DNA of 62,886 nucleotides, filler included, from Aduncisulcus paluster (Eukaryota): NCBI GenBank assembly GCA_024181965.1. It is 6 parts of 6 records of this genome, joined end to end, with 100 filler letters (N's around TTAATTAATTAA, not from the genome) between each part and the next. Parts side by side here need not be neighbours in the genome. Positions count along the whole stretch, not along the records: positions 30,731 to 48,911 come from BQXS01012676.1; positions 49,012 to 53,301 come from BQXS01012678.1; positions 53,402 to 59,893 come from BQXS01012679.1; 3 more parts are not named here. One strand, given 5' to 3'. The position numbers were made by a program, and so were the translations under genes. This document shows positions 44,101 to 54,618 of the stretch, in pieces. Numbering within the stretch: the first letter of the stretch is position 1; each line of letters begins with the position of its first letter. The notes under the pieces were generated by a model. That model saw only the letters and a program-made list of their open reading frames with translations. It did no database searches and had not been told where the DNA came from.

Positions 44101-45151
44101 GCGTGGAGATGATAAGTATTCCATCGAGGAAATGGCACTTCAAGAATATAAAACTTTGGCACTGCTTTGGGAATTATGTCGACTGCAAATAAGAGATAAA
44201 TCTGTGGATCACGACAGATATCTCTGTGTGCCAATCCCCTATTATCATGTCCAGGCCTCTGAGAACCATGGTCTCCTCATGGAATATTGTAGAGGGGGAA
44301 GTATTGGGAAATATTGCCAGGAAGTGTGTGGATTCGTGGTTGAACATTTCTTGCCAAAGCGTGATTTATATCTTAGACAGATAGGACTGTGGCGCCAAGA
44401 ACATCCATCTGATCGTTTGCCTTCACATCCTTTATTTTTGCTTGCTTCTATGATTGTTCAAATGTTTAAATGCATGCGAATGGTTGAGTTGTGCAGTTCA
44501 AGAAAACGCTGTCAATCTCTTGTGCACAAGGATATCAAACCGGATAATTTCCTCCTCGCAGAAAGGAAGGGGAAAATCAGGGTTGTTTTGACTGATTTTG
44601 GAGGATCTGAACTTAAATCTAGTATTTTGTTAAGTATGGAATCTGGGTCTATGGATATGAATAGAAAAGAGAAGAAATCGCATGTTGCTGAGATTGTAAC
44701 CCTGCCATATCTGCCACAGAGTGCTGTTGAGAGTCACCTTGATGGAGCATCGAAGAGTTTCATTTGGCAACGTCATCATGATCGATATGCTGTTGCCATC
44801 AGTGTTTTGACCATGCTGAATTGTAATAATGTTACATTCAAAGTTGATGGAAGAACGAACAAAGAGATGATGAAATCTCTCCTCTCATTGATGAAAAAGA
44901 AAGAGATCAAGATTGAAAGGGCTTCTTGTTACGATATTTTGGCAACTTTGATGGCAAAGGTTGGATTCCGTTCTTTTTGTAAAGATTTGAAGGAGATATT
45001 AGATAAATTCATAAATGAGAATAAGGATTTCAATTTTCAAAATGCTTGGGATCTAATGAAAAAATATGAAAAGAACTTACCTATTTTGACCTGGTGTAGT
45101 GATTGTAATGGAGTTTGTCAAGGTCATTTACCCTCGTTTGCAGCAAAATAA
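41111..45151 (+). CDS. Large protein kinase: about 950-aa helical N-terminus and C-terminal non-RD kinase domain
   Basis: LGRGGFGEI, MVFKK, LLMEYCRGGSI, VHKDIKPDNFLL, LTDFG. Alternative ATG at 41087. Confidence 0.9.
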   Translation: MKIKSDFLQGSYFKREHISLAFANFREYKKLLVQETDPKRFFELFNDYFIYILGSYLNNYEKEDIFREFLEILNRLKEIAIKPLEFPEYNISPILFDIFASPAFLTSFQHCSYPQKFRICEIIFEIFVGNLISRKGAPEVELYEQKIEKIFVEILKYDEDAGFSYLMPLKLKEFGDFLVIIFENISKAITDGNITDYFDKLIKVFVNIYHHFWSFKDEFFVRMKHCLKKIYSIMLKFPQFWESCFETILMQLNKIHERKMNFFGRIVQAMKHKPRDTTVLYDLMEPIFQILYLFCFSTGKYNERIIRILGKNFWDILCSIDSSLELLDESTIFMIREIVFLLSLLPYSYHDDHYTIFELNEHLHYRIKQYNIIDISKKGNVLKTIKGLFDDNERLKFAKRLAVRTKKSFDTTMSLSTKISSSFSENSQNQESKVCEYPDQCWMLFCSTICLLSSQKIHKFKKTPVNGESFEREKKLFLTIVMPEEKMKNIVEEIQSIRPDLGKLKFWDCQFVLWHAMLSSDFYFGVEFLKNVNKVLLSILNSPLSMVIISSCHQFPYLLEKAVSMIQSLDKRHGSLKEKYCKFYSNILGRSKNILLNRVPSLFLPFSHFLELLNPEPMYVMDMFEDVIKSKNLSKHVFPLSKFLHAFIEKSHKSDGIPVEMYIKIQNYFAEIIDSFLDSYEIFKVFHEGSLKEIIQIFNEFVIVPVTCIKLKGIMNRRGKEEVDECKLSSIRAISRIMLKNIPRNSILRTLLDVDIANIRKVLGISEVIVHYQKFCEIVFTYLSREVEKRQNYNIIEKSILFVKNMCKLTDLPLKMNFIGEDEEEMERHGRILKHTTKNLVESGLIRRTINCCSKQRHFYGVKDAADKEMEKCIDLLQSFLVCLSESLNVQEKCFSSTFESSRMFTKISSRTYSRPKIKEKGKFLAFGIEFPHKIYLSNPLDFAQDDSLTRLGRGGFGEILQFVHKNPREYKQLMKKEDEKKYEGRVFSMVFKKLIWRGDDKYSIEEMALQEYKTLALLWELCRLQIRDKSVDHDRYLCVPIPYYHVQASENHGLLMEYCRGGSIGKYCQEVCGFVVEHFLPKRDLYLRQIGLWRQEHPSDRLPSHPLFLLASMIVQMFKCMRMVELCSSRKRCQSLVHKDIKPDNFLLAERKGKIRVVLTDFGGSELKSSILLSMESGSMDMNRKEKKSHVAEIVTLPYLPQSAVESHLDGASKSFIWQRHHDRYAVAISVLTMLNCNNVTFKVDGRTNKEMMKSLLSLMKKKEIKIERASCYDILATLMAKVGFRSFCKDLKEILDKFINENKDFNFQNAWDLMKKYEKNLPILTWCSDCNGVCQGHLPSFAAK

Positions 45152-45446
45152 ATTCTATTTAAGGATAATCTTATCCTGGATAGGTCATCGATGTAAAGAT
45201 GTCTAATTATAGACCATTCCCTTCTCTTCCGAATCACAGAAAATCGTTTTGTTATGATGCTACTGCCACCTACCGGTGATATTTTATTTTAATAAATTTG
45301 CGAGCCTGCCAGCTCATCACAAGATAATTGGTTTGTCATAAATCCGACTCAAAAACCTGAAATCAATCTCTTATCTTGTTAATTTGACAATTTTTTCATT
45401 AAAACTATTAAATTTGAGGTTATGATAACAATTTCGATATTACGAT

Positions 45447-45706
45447 TCTAAAAATAGATTTTCTAAAAATAGAATTTACTTTTTCAAAATGATCCACTTA
45501 ACAATAATAATTGTAAATTTTCAAATATTTTTCATGCAACTTCATTTTTATGAGCAAATTTACCAATTTGATTGAAGATATCCCACTTCATAGAACCTTC
45601 AAAATTCGACAAATTCAATGAATATTAAATGACATTAACACATTTTTCTACCAATTTATAAGCTAATTAGGAATAGAAATCTAAAAATAGATTTTCTAAA
45701 AATAGA
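45447..45706 (+). promoter_or_regulatory. Two further TCTAAAAATAGA doublets (45447-45473, 45680-45706)
   Basis: Exact 27-bp matches to the 16489 copy, lying between convergent genes. Confidence 0.5.
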
Positions 45707-45818
45707 ATGAAGGATCAAATAACAGCTATTTTATTGATATTATAAATTAAATCACAATAATACTAGGAGGTAAATCATTAAATAAGATAAATAAATGGAT
45801 TGATTACAATCAAAACCC

Positions 45819-48800
45819 TCACACTCCCCATACCTGGGTTCTAATCGGAGTCATGGAGTGAGTTGATTTGTGAGAAACATCACGAGGTTCCATTCGCTGA
45901 AGAATATTTTCAATTCTAAGTGCTTCCTTAATTCCAAGTTTATATCCCGATTCCATCAATTCAATAATTTCTCTCCTGCTGACAATACTTTCTGCAACCC
46001 TTTCTAACTTTTTCAAAGCTCCCATTGATCCATCAACATCTCGCTTTCTCAAAACAATTCGTGAACAATCACCAACAATTTCTCTCTCCTCCTCAATACA
46101 AGTATCCTGAGAAAGTCCTAATTTAAGAAGTTGAGAAACAACCATTGAATCCCTTTCATTATCTTTTGGTGTCGGAACCAAGTTAGCAGTCCCAATATCA
46201 AGGACGATGCATACACAAGTTCTTCTTTGTTCTTCAAACTGATCGAATCCACCAGATAAAGCACGCAACTTATCCTCACTCCCGTGCGAAACAATGATTC
46301 TCTCGACACTATCCAAGGATGTTCCGAGTGCTCTCCGCAAAAGTGGCAAGAACATTGCCGTTACCAGTGATAAAAAGAGAGAATCAGCAAGAGGAACAAC
46401 CCAAAGTCCCACAAAGGTCCTTGCGAACAAAGAACTCGATATTGTTATCTTGTTATCTGGATGGCTTTTCTCGACCCCATCCATAACCGGGGAATCCTTC
46501 TCAGAAAGCTTAGTAGTGTCAGATTTTACAAATGAAGGTGTAGCTCGAGGAGATAGAATATCAATATCCTCCCCTACAAAAGGATCAGAAAAGTGCTCAT
46601 GAAGAAGAGAAGTTGCAGTGAAAGCGCCAGGAGAAGTAACAGAACTCACACCAAAAGAATCATGATTTGCGGAAGAAAGAATTTCTTGGGGAGATTCCAA
46701 TTTGATATTCCCAATTTTCAGAGGAAACGATACAGTTAATCCATCAATTCCTTTCTTTTCTGATTCCATTAAGATGGAATTGAAGAGAAGATTGACAGAT
46801 TTTCTCAACCTTTGAGTTGTTCTGGACATCGGATTGATATAAGAAGGAAAAGGATGTTGAATTGGAGAGAGGGGAGAGTTTGCGGGGAAACACATCCAGC
46901 AAACGTGAAGAGCAACTTGTACAAGGAGTGTATGCAATTGATGTGAATTGGAGGATCGAGGAGCTGACGAGATATGAGATTTGATACATGTATTGATGAT
47001 AAACATTCCAACAATAATTCCAAGAATCTCCCGAAGATGGGATTCAATCATTTTCCCGCATTCTTCAACAGAGTGTGTTTGGGAGAATGTCTGTGTAAAT
47101 ACAGCACACATCCCGGACAAAGTACTCAAGAGCCATGCAGGAATATGTTTGGAACAGTGTCCAATAATCAATGTCATTCTATGCAGAGAAATATCCAACA
47201 ATAGGGCCGGATGGGAACTTGGCGGGAGATATGAAGGAGGCTGTGCATCGGAATAAGCTTCATCTTCATTATCAGTGCCACACAAGCGGAGCCAAAGTTC
47301 TCGTTGGACATCAGTACCAACCAATAGAAGTTTCTCAGTATAATTATAGATCTCCCCAGCAATAATTCCACCCCATCCAACGCACATAGGTTGGGAATTG
47401 ATGATATACTCCATCAAACTACCATAAACACCACTTAGATGTTTGAGGAAAGAAGTTCGGGATGTACAACGCGCAAGAGCACGAGATATATCTAAAAATA
47501 GATTTGTGGATGGATGAAATGCGCTAAAAATGAGTCCCCCAGTGCCATACGTGAACAAAGAAGCAATTGTCTTAACGACTCTCTTCTTTTCAGAAATTGA
47601 GAGTGCCGATTTTGAGAGGAAAAAGAGAAAAGACAAAACAGAATCTGAAGAAGAGAGAAGAAAACGACCAACCGAAACAACAATAGGAATAAGAGAGTGC
47701 ACAGATGGAGAGAGAAGAGAAGACAATTCAACACTCGGGAGATGAAACAAAATGGAGTTGTCTGATTTAGTGATAGATAACATTCCATCAGGAACACTGT
47801 CATTCGACTCTTGGAATCTAAATCGATCTAATTCCCGAGAATCTCCTAACTTCTTTTTCCTTTGTCTGACTTCAGTCTTAAATACCTTTTTGAGAAGGAG
47901 CATACTTAATCTTTCGTATAATCGCCTCATCTCAACAGACTTAGCAACACACGCAGAGAGAGAAGGAATTGAGAAAGGAAGAGATCTATTTATAGAATAC
48001 CCTGGAAATAATAATGATAGAGACCGTTCGCATGTCCCAATGATCATTTTTGACAAAGGAGAAGAAATGGGACCGGAGTCTTGACGTGGAGAAGGAATAT
48101 CCAGGGCTGTACTGACGAACAAGGATGAAGGAGAGGACGGAACTGGGGAATTAGAATGCCGGAATACGAGTGGAGACGGCTGTGGAGGCACGGAAGAAGG
48201 TTGTGGAATTATATCGGACTCAGATCCTTGCCGATTGAGTCTCCTATCATCAATTGAGGCCATTCTCCTGATATCCTTGTCATCAGACGTTGAGAAACTT
48301 GGATCTGACGTGAGAGATTTGGATCTAACGGGTGATTGGTCTTCTGAAATGCTAGGTGGAAGAGAAAGAGAATAAGACATGGGTATTTCTGGATTTGGCA
48401 AGGGATTAACACTGCCGGAAAGAGAAAGATCTCGACGCAAAAACTCCTCCTCCTCCTCTTCTTCTTCTTCTTCTTCTTCTTCTTCTTCCATCTCTTCCTC
48501 CTCCTCTTCAACATCATCAGTATCTCCCAAATCTTCCCAAGAAGTACCATGAAGTTTCTCAAGTTCTATTCTTAGTGATTTAGGATCCATTTCTGAAAGG
48601 GGTTGAGTCGTTTCTTCTGATTCTTCCTCATTCCTCTCGTCTTTCTCTATTTCTGCTTGTAAACTTTCCCCTTCCTTAAAATCTGCAGTTTCTTCAGGAA
48701 TATCTTGAACTTGATCTTGCAAGTTCCTTCCAACAATCTCCTCTTCTTCTTCTTCTTCTTCCGCTATTAATTCCTTCATCTCTTCCTCCTCCTCTTCAAC

Positions 48801-48911
48801 ATCATCAGTATCTCCCAAATCTTCCCAAGAAGTACCATGAAGTTTCTCAAGTTCTATTCTTAGTGATTTAGGATCCATTTCTGAAAGGGGTTGAGTCGTT
48901 TCTTCTGATTC
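45819..48911 (-). CDS. 5'-partial protein with acidic N-terminal repeats and a possible degenerate RasGAP-like region
   Basis: Frame open to the contig end. Repeat MDPKSLRIELEKLHGTSWEDLGDTDDVEEEEEEM twice, 288 nt apart. IPAWL and IVGMFII segments recall RasGAP (weak). Confidence 0.7.
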   Translation of the reverse strand, partial: ESEETTQPLSEMDPKSLRIELEKLHGTSWEDLGDTDDVEEEEEEMKELIAEEEEEEEEIVGRNLQDQVQDIPEETADFKEGESLQAEIEKDERNEEESEETTQPLSEMDPKSLRIELEKLHGTSWEDLGDTDDVEEEEEEMEEEEEEEEEEEEEEEFLRRDLSLSGSVNPLPNPEIPMSYSLSLPPSISEDQSPVRSKSLTSDPSFSTSDDKDIRRMASIDDRRLNRQGSESDIIPQPSSVPPQPSPLVFRHSNSPVPSSPSSLFVSTALDIPSPRQDSGPISSPLSKMIIGTCERSLSLLFPGYSINRSLPFSIPSLSACVAKSVEMRRLYERLSMLLLKKVFKTEVRQRKKKLGDSRELDRFRFQESNDSVPDGMLSITKSDNSILFHLPSVELSSLLSPSVHSLIPIVVSVGRFLLSSSDSVLSFLFFLSKSALSISEKKRVVKTIASLFTYGTGGLIFSAFHPSTNLFLDISRALARCTSRTSFLKHLSGVYGSLMEYIINSQPMCVGWGGIIAGEIYNYTEKLLLVGTDVQRELWLRLCGTDNEDEAYSDAQPPSYLPPSSHPALLLDISLHRMTLIIGHCSKHIPAWLLSTLSGMCAVFTQTFSQTHSVEECGKMIESHLREILGIIVGMFIINTCIKSHISSAPRSSNSHQLHTLLVQVALHVCWMCFPANSPLSPIQHPFPSYINPMSRTTQRLRKSVNLLFNSILMESEKKGIDGLTVSFPLKIGNIKLESPQEILSSANHDSFGVSSVTSPGAFTATSLLHEHFSDPFVGEDIDILSPRATPSFVKSDTTKLSEKDSPVMDGVEKSHPDNKITISSSLFARTFVGLWVVPLADSLFLSLVTAMFLPLLRRALGTSLDSVERIIVSHGSEDKLRALSGGFDQFEEQRRTCVCIVLDIGTANLVPTPKDNERDSMVVSQLLKLGLSQDTCIEEEREIVGDCSRIVLRKRDVDGSMGALKKLERVAESIVSRREIIELMESGYKLGIKEALRIENILQRMEPRDVSHKSTHSMTPIRTQVWGV

Positions 48912-49012
48912 NNNNNNNNNNNNNNNNNNNNNNNNNNNNNNNNNNNNNNNNNNNNTTAATTAATTAANNNNNNNNNNNNNNNNNNNNNNNNNNNNNNNNN
49001 NNNNNNNNNNNC

Positions 49013-49414
49013 AAGGACCGTTGTATCTACGCCTCTGGATCCCCTCAGGCTAAAGTTACTCGTGCTGATGGTGTTGTTGTCAACACTACCCAGTGTAACA
49101 ACTTCTTCGTCTTCCCTGCTATTGGTCTCGCCGCCTCTATCGCCAAGGCCTCTGAGGTCCCCCAGAGCTTGTTCTCCACCATTTCTCACAGACTCGCTGA
49201 CCTTGTCCCCGAGGAGAAACTTATGAGAGGAGAGTGTTCCCCTGAGATCAGTGACATTAGAGACATCACTGTTGGTCTCACCGTCTCTGGTATCAAGAAT
49301 CTTGTCGGCAAGGGTGTCGCCAGATGCTCCGTTTGTAAGAGTCTTGTTGCTGCTGGTGACGACGAGCAACTCACCAAGTGGGTTAGATCCAAACAATGGG
49401 AACCTGTTTACTAA
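49013..49414 (+). CDS. Malic enzyme, C-terminal fragment (5'-partial)
   Basis: RCIYASGSP, TQCNNFFVFPAIGL, SDIRDI, WEPVY-stop. Strongly biased C/T-ending codons. 3' part duplicated at 49822-50014 by the gap artefact. Confidence 0.9.
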   Translation, partial: KDRCIYASGSPQAKVTRADGVVVNTTQCNNFFVFPAIGLAASIAKASEVPQSLFSTISHRLADLVPEEKLMRGECSPEISDIRDITVGLTVSGIKNLVGKGVARCSVCKSLVAAGDDEQLTKWVRSKQWEPVY

Positions 49415-52082
49415 GTTTCTTGAAAAATATTGTTTTATACAACAATAATTGATTTATGGGGTGATAGTTGAACCTATCATCCGTTTTATTTCTCAGGTTT
49501 ATTTCTTGCTATTTATGATCAATGAACTCAATCATATCACATTATCGTTCAACGTTTCTCATTGATTTGGTTTTGTCTGCAAGTTGTTTTCACTTCCTCC
49601 CAATTATTTTGATTCAAAGTTTTTGAAAATCATTTTTCGCCAATGAAAATAAAAATAATTGTGTGTCGTGTTAGTATTATTGATTTTCATCTCAACCATG
49701 CACCCTGCCAGTCTCGGCATTTCTATTTTATCACTCGAGAAAGAAATCAACGAAAGCTCTGAATCTGTTGAAGGAAATGAGGCGAATGATAATAATAAAT
49801 TNNNNNNNNNNNNNNNNNNNNTATGAGAGGAGAGTGTTCCCCTGAGATCAGTGACATTAGAGACATCACTGTTGGTCTCACCGTCTCTGGTATCAAGAAT
49901 CTTGTCGGCAAGGGTGTCGCCAGATGCTCCGTTTGTAAGAGTCTTGTTGCTGCTGGTGACGACGAGCAACTCACCAAGTGGGTTAGATCCAAACAATGGG
50001 AACCTGTTTACTAAGTTTCTTGAAAAATATTGTTTTATACAACAATAATTGATTTATGGGGTGATAGTTGAACCTATCATCCGTTTTATTTCTCAGGTTT
50101 ATTTCTTGCTATTTATGATCAATGAACTCAATCATATCACATTATCGTTCAACGTTTCTCATTGATTTGGTTTTGTCTGCAAGTTGTTTTCACTTCCTCC
50201 CAATTATTTTGATTCAAAGTTTTTGAAAATCATTTTTCGCCAATGAAAATAAAAATAATTGTGTGTCGTGTTAGTATTATTGATTTTCATCTCAACCATG
50301 CACCCTGCCAGTCTCGGCATTTCTATTTTATCACTCGAGAAAGAAATCAACGAAAGCTCTGAATCTGTTGAAGGAAATGAGGCGAATGATAATAATAAAT
50401 TGAATGTCAGAAAATGGATTCCATTCCTTCTTTCTCATGCCAAGCACTGGACATTAATCTTCCATTCCGGGCACATTGGCAGATTCGAACTTGCAAATGT
50501 TATAACCAAGTGCTTAGATAGCTTGGCAGACTTTGAAGGTTCAAATCGAGATGCATTATATATATCTCATCGCTTTACACATTTTTCGTGGCTTTGAAAT
50601 GAATGGAATCGACGACAAAGACATGTTTGCATTAACATGAGAAAGACACGGCAGTTTTATCCTTTTGGAAACGAAAAGAAGTTTTTGTTCGCGTGTATAT
50701 TTAAGTTTGTGGATTTCTACGATAATTATTTCTTCCCATTATCCATTTGTGATGCTATTATCTTGAAAACGAGACGAGAACGCGTATTTGATGCCTTGCA
50801 GCGGATACATGGAAAATAAGTTATAATATATGNNNNNNNNNNNNNNNNNNNNTTGAAAATCATTTTTCGCCAATGAAAATAAAAATAATTGTGTGTCGTG
50901 TTAGTATTATTGATTTTCATCTCAACCATGCACCCTGCCAGTCTCGGCATTTCTATTTTATCACTCGAGAAAGAAATCAACGAAAGCTCTGAATCTGTTG
51001 AAGGAAATGAGGCGAATGATAATAATAAAGTTTTTGAAAATCATTTTTCGCCAATGAAAATAAAAATAATTGTGTGTCGTGTTAGTATTATTGATTTTCA
51101 TCTCAACCATGCACCCTGCCAGTCTCGGCATTTCTATTTTATCACTCGAGAAAGAAATCAACGAAAGCTCTGAATCTGTTGAAGGAAATGAGGCGAATGA
51201 TAATAATAAATTGAATGTCAGAAAATGGATTCCATTCCTTCTTTCTCATGCCAAGCACTGGACATTAATCTTCCATTCCGGGCACATTGGCAGATTCGAA
51301 CTTGCAAATGTTATAACCAAGTGCTTAGATAGCTTGGCAGACTTTGAAGGTTCAAATCGAGATGCATTATATATATCTCATCGCTTTACACATTTTTCGN
51401 NNNNNNNNNNNNNNNNNNNACGAAAGCTCTGAATCTGTTGAAGGAAATGAGGCGAATGATAATAATAAAGTTTTTGAAAATCATTTTTCGCCAATGAAAA
51501 TAAAAATAATTGTGTGTCGTGTTAGTATTATTGATTTTCATCTCAACCATGCACCCTGCCAGTCTCGGCATTTCTATTTTATCACTCGAGAAAGAAATCA
51601 ACGAAAGCTCTGAATCTGTTGAAGGAAATGAGGCGAATGATAATAATAAATTGAATGTCAGAAAATGGATTCCATTCCTTCTTTCTCATGCCAAGCACTG
51701 GACATTAATCTTCCATTCCGGGCACATTGGCAGATTCGAACTTGCAAATGTTATAACCAAGTGCTTAGATAGCTTGGCAGACTTTGAAGGTTCAAATCGA
51801 GATGCATTATATATATCTCATCGCTTTACACATTTTTCGTGGCTTTGAAATGAATGGAATCGACGACAAAGACATGTTTGCATTAACATGAGAAAGACAC
51901 GGCAGTTTTATCCTTTTGGAAACGAAAAGAAGTTTTTGTTCGCGTGTATATTTAAGTTTGTGGATTTCTACGATAATTATTTCTTCCCATTATCCATTTG
52001 TGATGCTATTATCTTGAAAACGAGACGAGAACGCGTATTTGATGCCTTGCAGCGGATACATGGAAAATAAGTTATAATATAT
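49222..52082. repeat. Tangle of overlapping duplicated segments around three 20-N gaps
   Basis: Identical blocks repeated up to six times. Gaps at 49802-49821, 50833-50852 and 51400-51419. Confidence 0.85.
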
Positions 52083-52220
52083 GCTATTCAAATGTCATTG
52101 AAGCATATTTTTGATATCGTAGCAAAGGAGGTGACAGGCTGATCGCTCCTCAGTGAGGAATCGTGTGATTCCTCAAATAGCTTGATCAAATAGAGTTCAT
52201 TTTTTCCTCTTTTTGTTAAC

Positions 52221-53301
52221 ATGACTGCCCCTGAGAAGAAACAAATTGTTACACCCTGGGATGTTGCTGGTGAAGGTGAAATCGATTATGATAAGTTGAT
52301 TGATGACTTCGGCTGCAAGAGAATTTCTCACGAACTAATTGAAAGAATTGAATCAGCTACGGGAAAACCCGCCCACCCCTGGTTAAAACGTGGTATTTTC
52401 TTCTCTGAACGTGATATGGCTGATATTCTTACATCTTATGAAAAAGGGGAGCCTTTTTATGTCTACACTGGTCGTGGTCCATCTTCGGAAGCTCTCCATC
52501 TGGGACATATGATTCCTTTTACTTTTACAAAGTGGTTACAGGACGTGTTCGGTTGTATTGTCGTGATCCAACTGACTGACGATGAGAAATTCATTTGGAA
52601 GGATCTTGAATTTCATGAAGCCCGTCGTTTGGCATGGGAGAATGCCAAAGATATCATTGCGTGTGGGTTTGATCCCGATAGGACCTTCATCTTCCGTGAC
52701 ACTGATTACATTCACACTCTCTATCCAAACGTCATTAGAATCGCTCGACTCACAACCACTTCAGTTGCTCGTGCTGTTTTTGGGTTTACAAACTCTGATA
52801 ACATTGGTAAACATGTTTTTCCAGCCATCCAAGCAGCTCCTTCGTTTGCCTCTACCTTCCCAGAGCTTTTTGGCACCACCGATGATGCTATTCTTAGCAA
52901 GATTCGTTGTCTTATCCCATGTGCCATTGACCAAGACCCTTACTTCCGTGTGACGAGAGACATTGCCAAAAGGATGAAGTATCCGAAACCATCTCTTCTT
53001 CATGCCCAATTCCTGCCCTCTCTTCATGGTGCCGGAAGCAAGATGAGTGCAAGTGTTGGTGGGACATCTATATTCATGACGGATACCAAGAACCAAGTCA
53101 AGAAGAAGATCAACAAGTATGCCTTTTCTGGTGGAAGAACAACTGTTGAAGAGCATCGTGAGCTTGGTGCTGACCTTTCTGTGGATATTCCATACCACTA
53201 TTTATTCTTCTTCTTGCATGATGATGATGAACTCGAGAGAATCAAAAAAGAATACGGAGAAGGGCGGATGTTGACTGGTGAAGTTAAAGCAATTTTAATC
53301 A
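52221..53301 (+). CDS. WARS: Tryptophanyl-tRNA synthetase, eukaryotic type, 3'-partial
   Basis: [51 protein letters not shown]. Confidence 0.97.
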
Positions 53302-53402
53302 NNNNNNNNNNNNNNNNNNNNNNNNNNNNNNNNNNNNNNNNNNNNTTAATTAATTAANNNNNNNNNNNNNNNNNNNNNNNNNNNNNNNNNNNNNNNNNNN
53401 NT

Positions 53403-54014
53403 GGCATGGAAACTCTGTTCTCACTCAAGCCTTTCGAGTGTGTTGTGAGTGCTTCTTCCCTCCCTGTGCAATTCCTTCAATCACCATATCCTCAACTTGT
53501 TATCCATCGAAAGAGTGCCGCGGACAGACGTAATGTTGATGGATTTGTCTTTGCGGATGTTGGCGATGAATCCGTCACGGGCGATGATACAGACATTGAG
53601 ATTGAACAGGTTGATGAGGATGATGATTACTTTGAACGAGCTGTGTATCTCCCTTCAGAGTTCAACAACCAGAGTGTGATCGTTGAAGTCGCCTCCAAGA
53701 ATTGCACTCCCATTGTGAAGGTTGTGTCTTCATGTGCATTGACTTGCACCACAAGGGAGAGGTATGGACAGGTGAGTGTGAATGTGACGAGCACTGGAAA
53801 GTGTGTGGAATGCTGTTATGTGAAATGCTTTGCAAAGATGCTTGGTGGAGATGTAAAGTTCTATAAAGATGGGTACACTGATCGTCGTGGTGTGTTTGAT
53901 TACGCCACTGTGAGCGCCATCCCTCTTGACCAAGTGAGTGAGTTCAGTATCTTGATCAGTCACGCAGAGCTGGGATATGTCATTCTGAGTGCAAAGCCTC
54001 CGAAGCCAGAATGA
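53403..54014 (+). CDS. C-terminal fragment of a large uncharacterised conserved protein (FYKDGYTD.RG.FDY family)
   Basis: ETLFS..PF, YVK.FA......KFYKDGYTDRRGVFDYATVS...FSILI....G......PP. Open from the contig start. Confidence 0.75.
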   Translation, partial: GMETLFSLKPFECVVSASSLPVQFLQSPYPQLVIHRKSAADRRNVDGFVFADVGDESVTGDDTDIEIEQVDEDDDYFERAVYLPSEFNNQSVIVEVASKNCTPIVKVVSSCALTCTTRERYGQVSVNVTSTGKCVECCYVKCFAKMLGGDVKFYKDGYTDRRGVFDYATVSAIPLDQVSEFSILISHAELGYVILSAKPPKPE

Positions 54015-54618
54015 TGATGATGATGATGAATGTCGCACATCCGAATTGAATTGTTCCAACGAGAGATTCCATCATGATTCACGAGAGATTGACATCGTTA
54101 TTATTGTCATTTATTCCTGTTCATGGGTTGTTTGCAAATGGCCTGTTTGTTTGTATATTCAAAATAGTATATTCAAAAGAGTATATTGAATTATTAAAGT
54201 GTAACTTGAGTAAATGTCAAATGAACTTCATAGTGTTGGCAATGCCTATTAACCATGAGAAACATCACACCACAGTGAGTTCAATGAACTCAGTTTATCA
54301 ACCGGGTTGACAACCCAGAGTTTCTGAATCTGCTGATGGCAACGGATGGATTGTAGCATCTGATCTCCAAACAAACAAACAAACAAAAAAAAAAAAAAAA
54401 ACTGAACTGGAACTCAAAAGATCTTACTATTACCAAAACTTCCAAAAGGATTTGAGAAGTCACTTCTCCCACTTGAAAACAGTTCCGGGCATTTCAAGTA
54501 TTGCTCCTCAAATTCTTCTGTTGGAACGGGGATTCCATGCCACACATGCCTTGAAAACGACAAAAAAAAAGGTAACTTAAAATGATATTGAATAAATATA
54601 AAGCTAAATAAAAATTGA

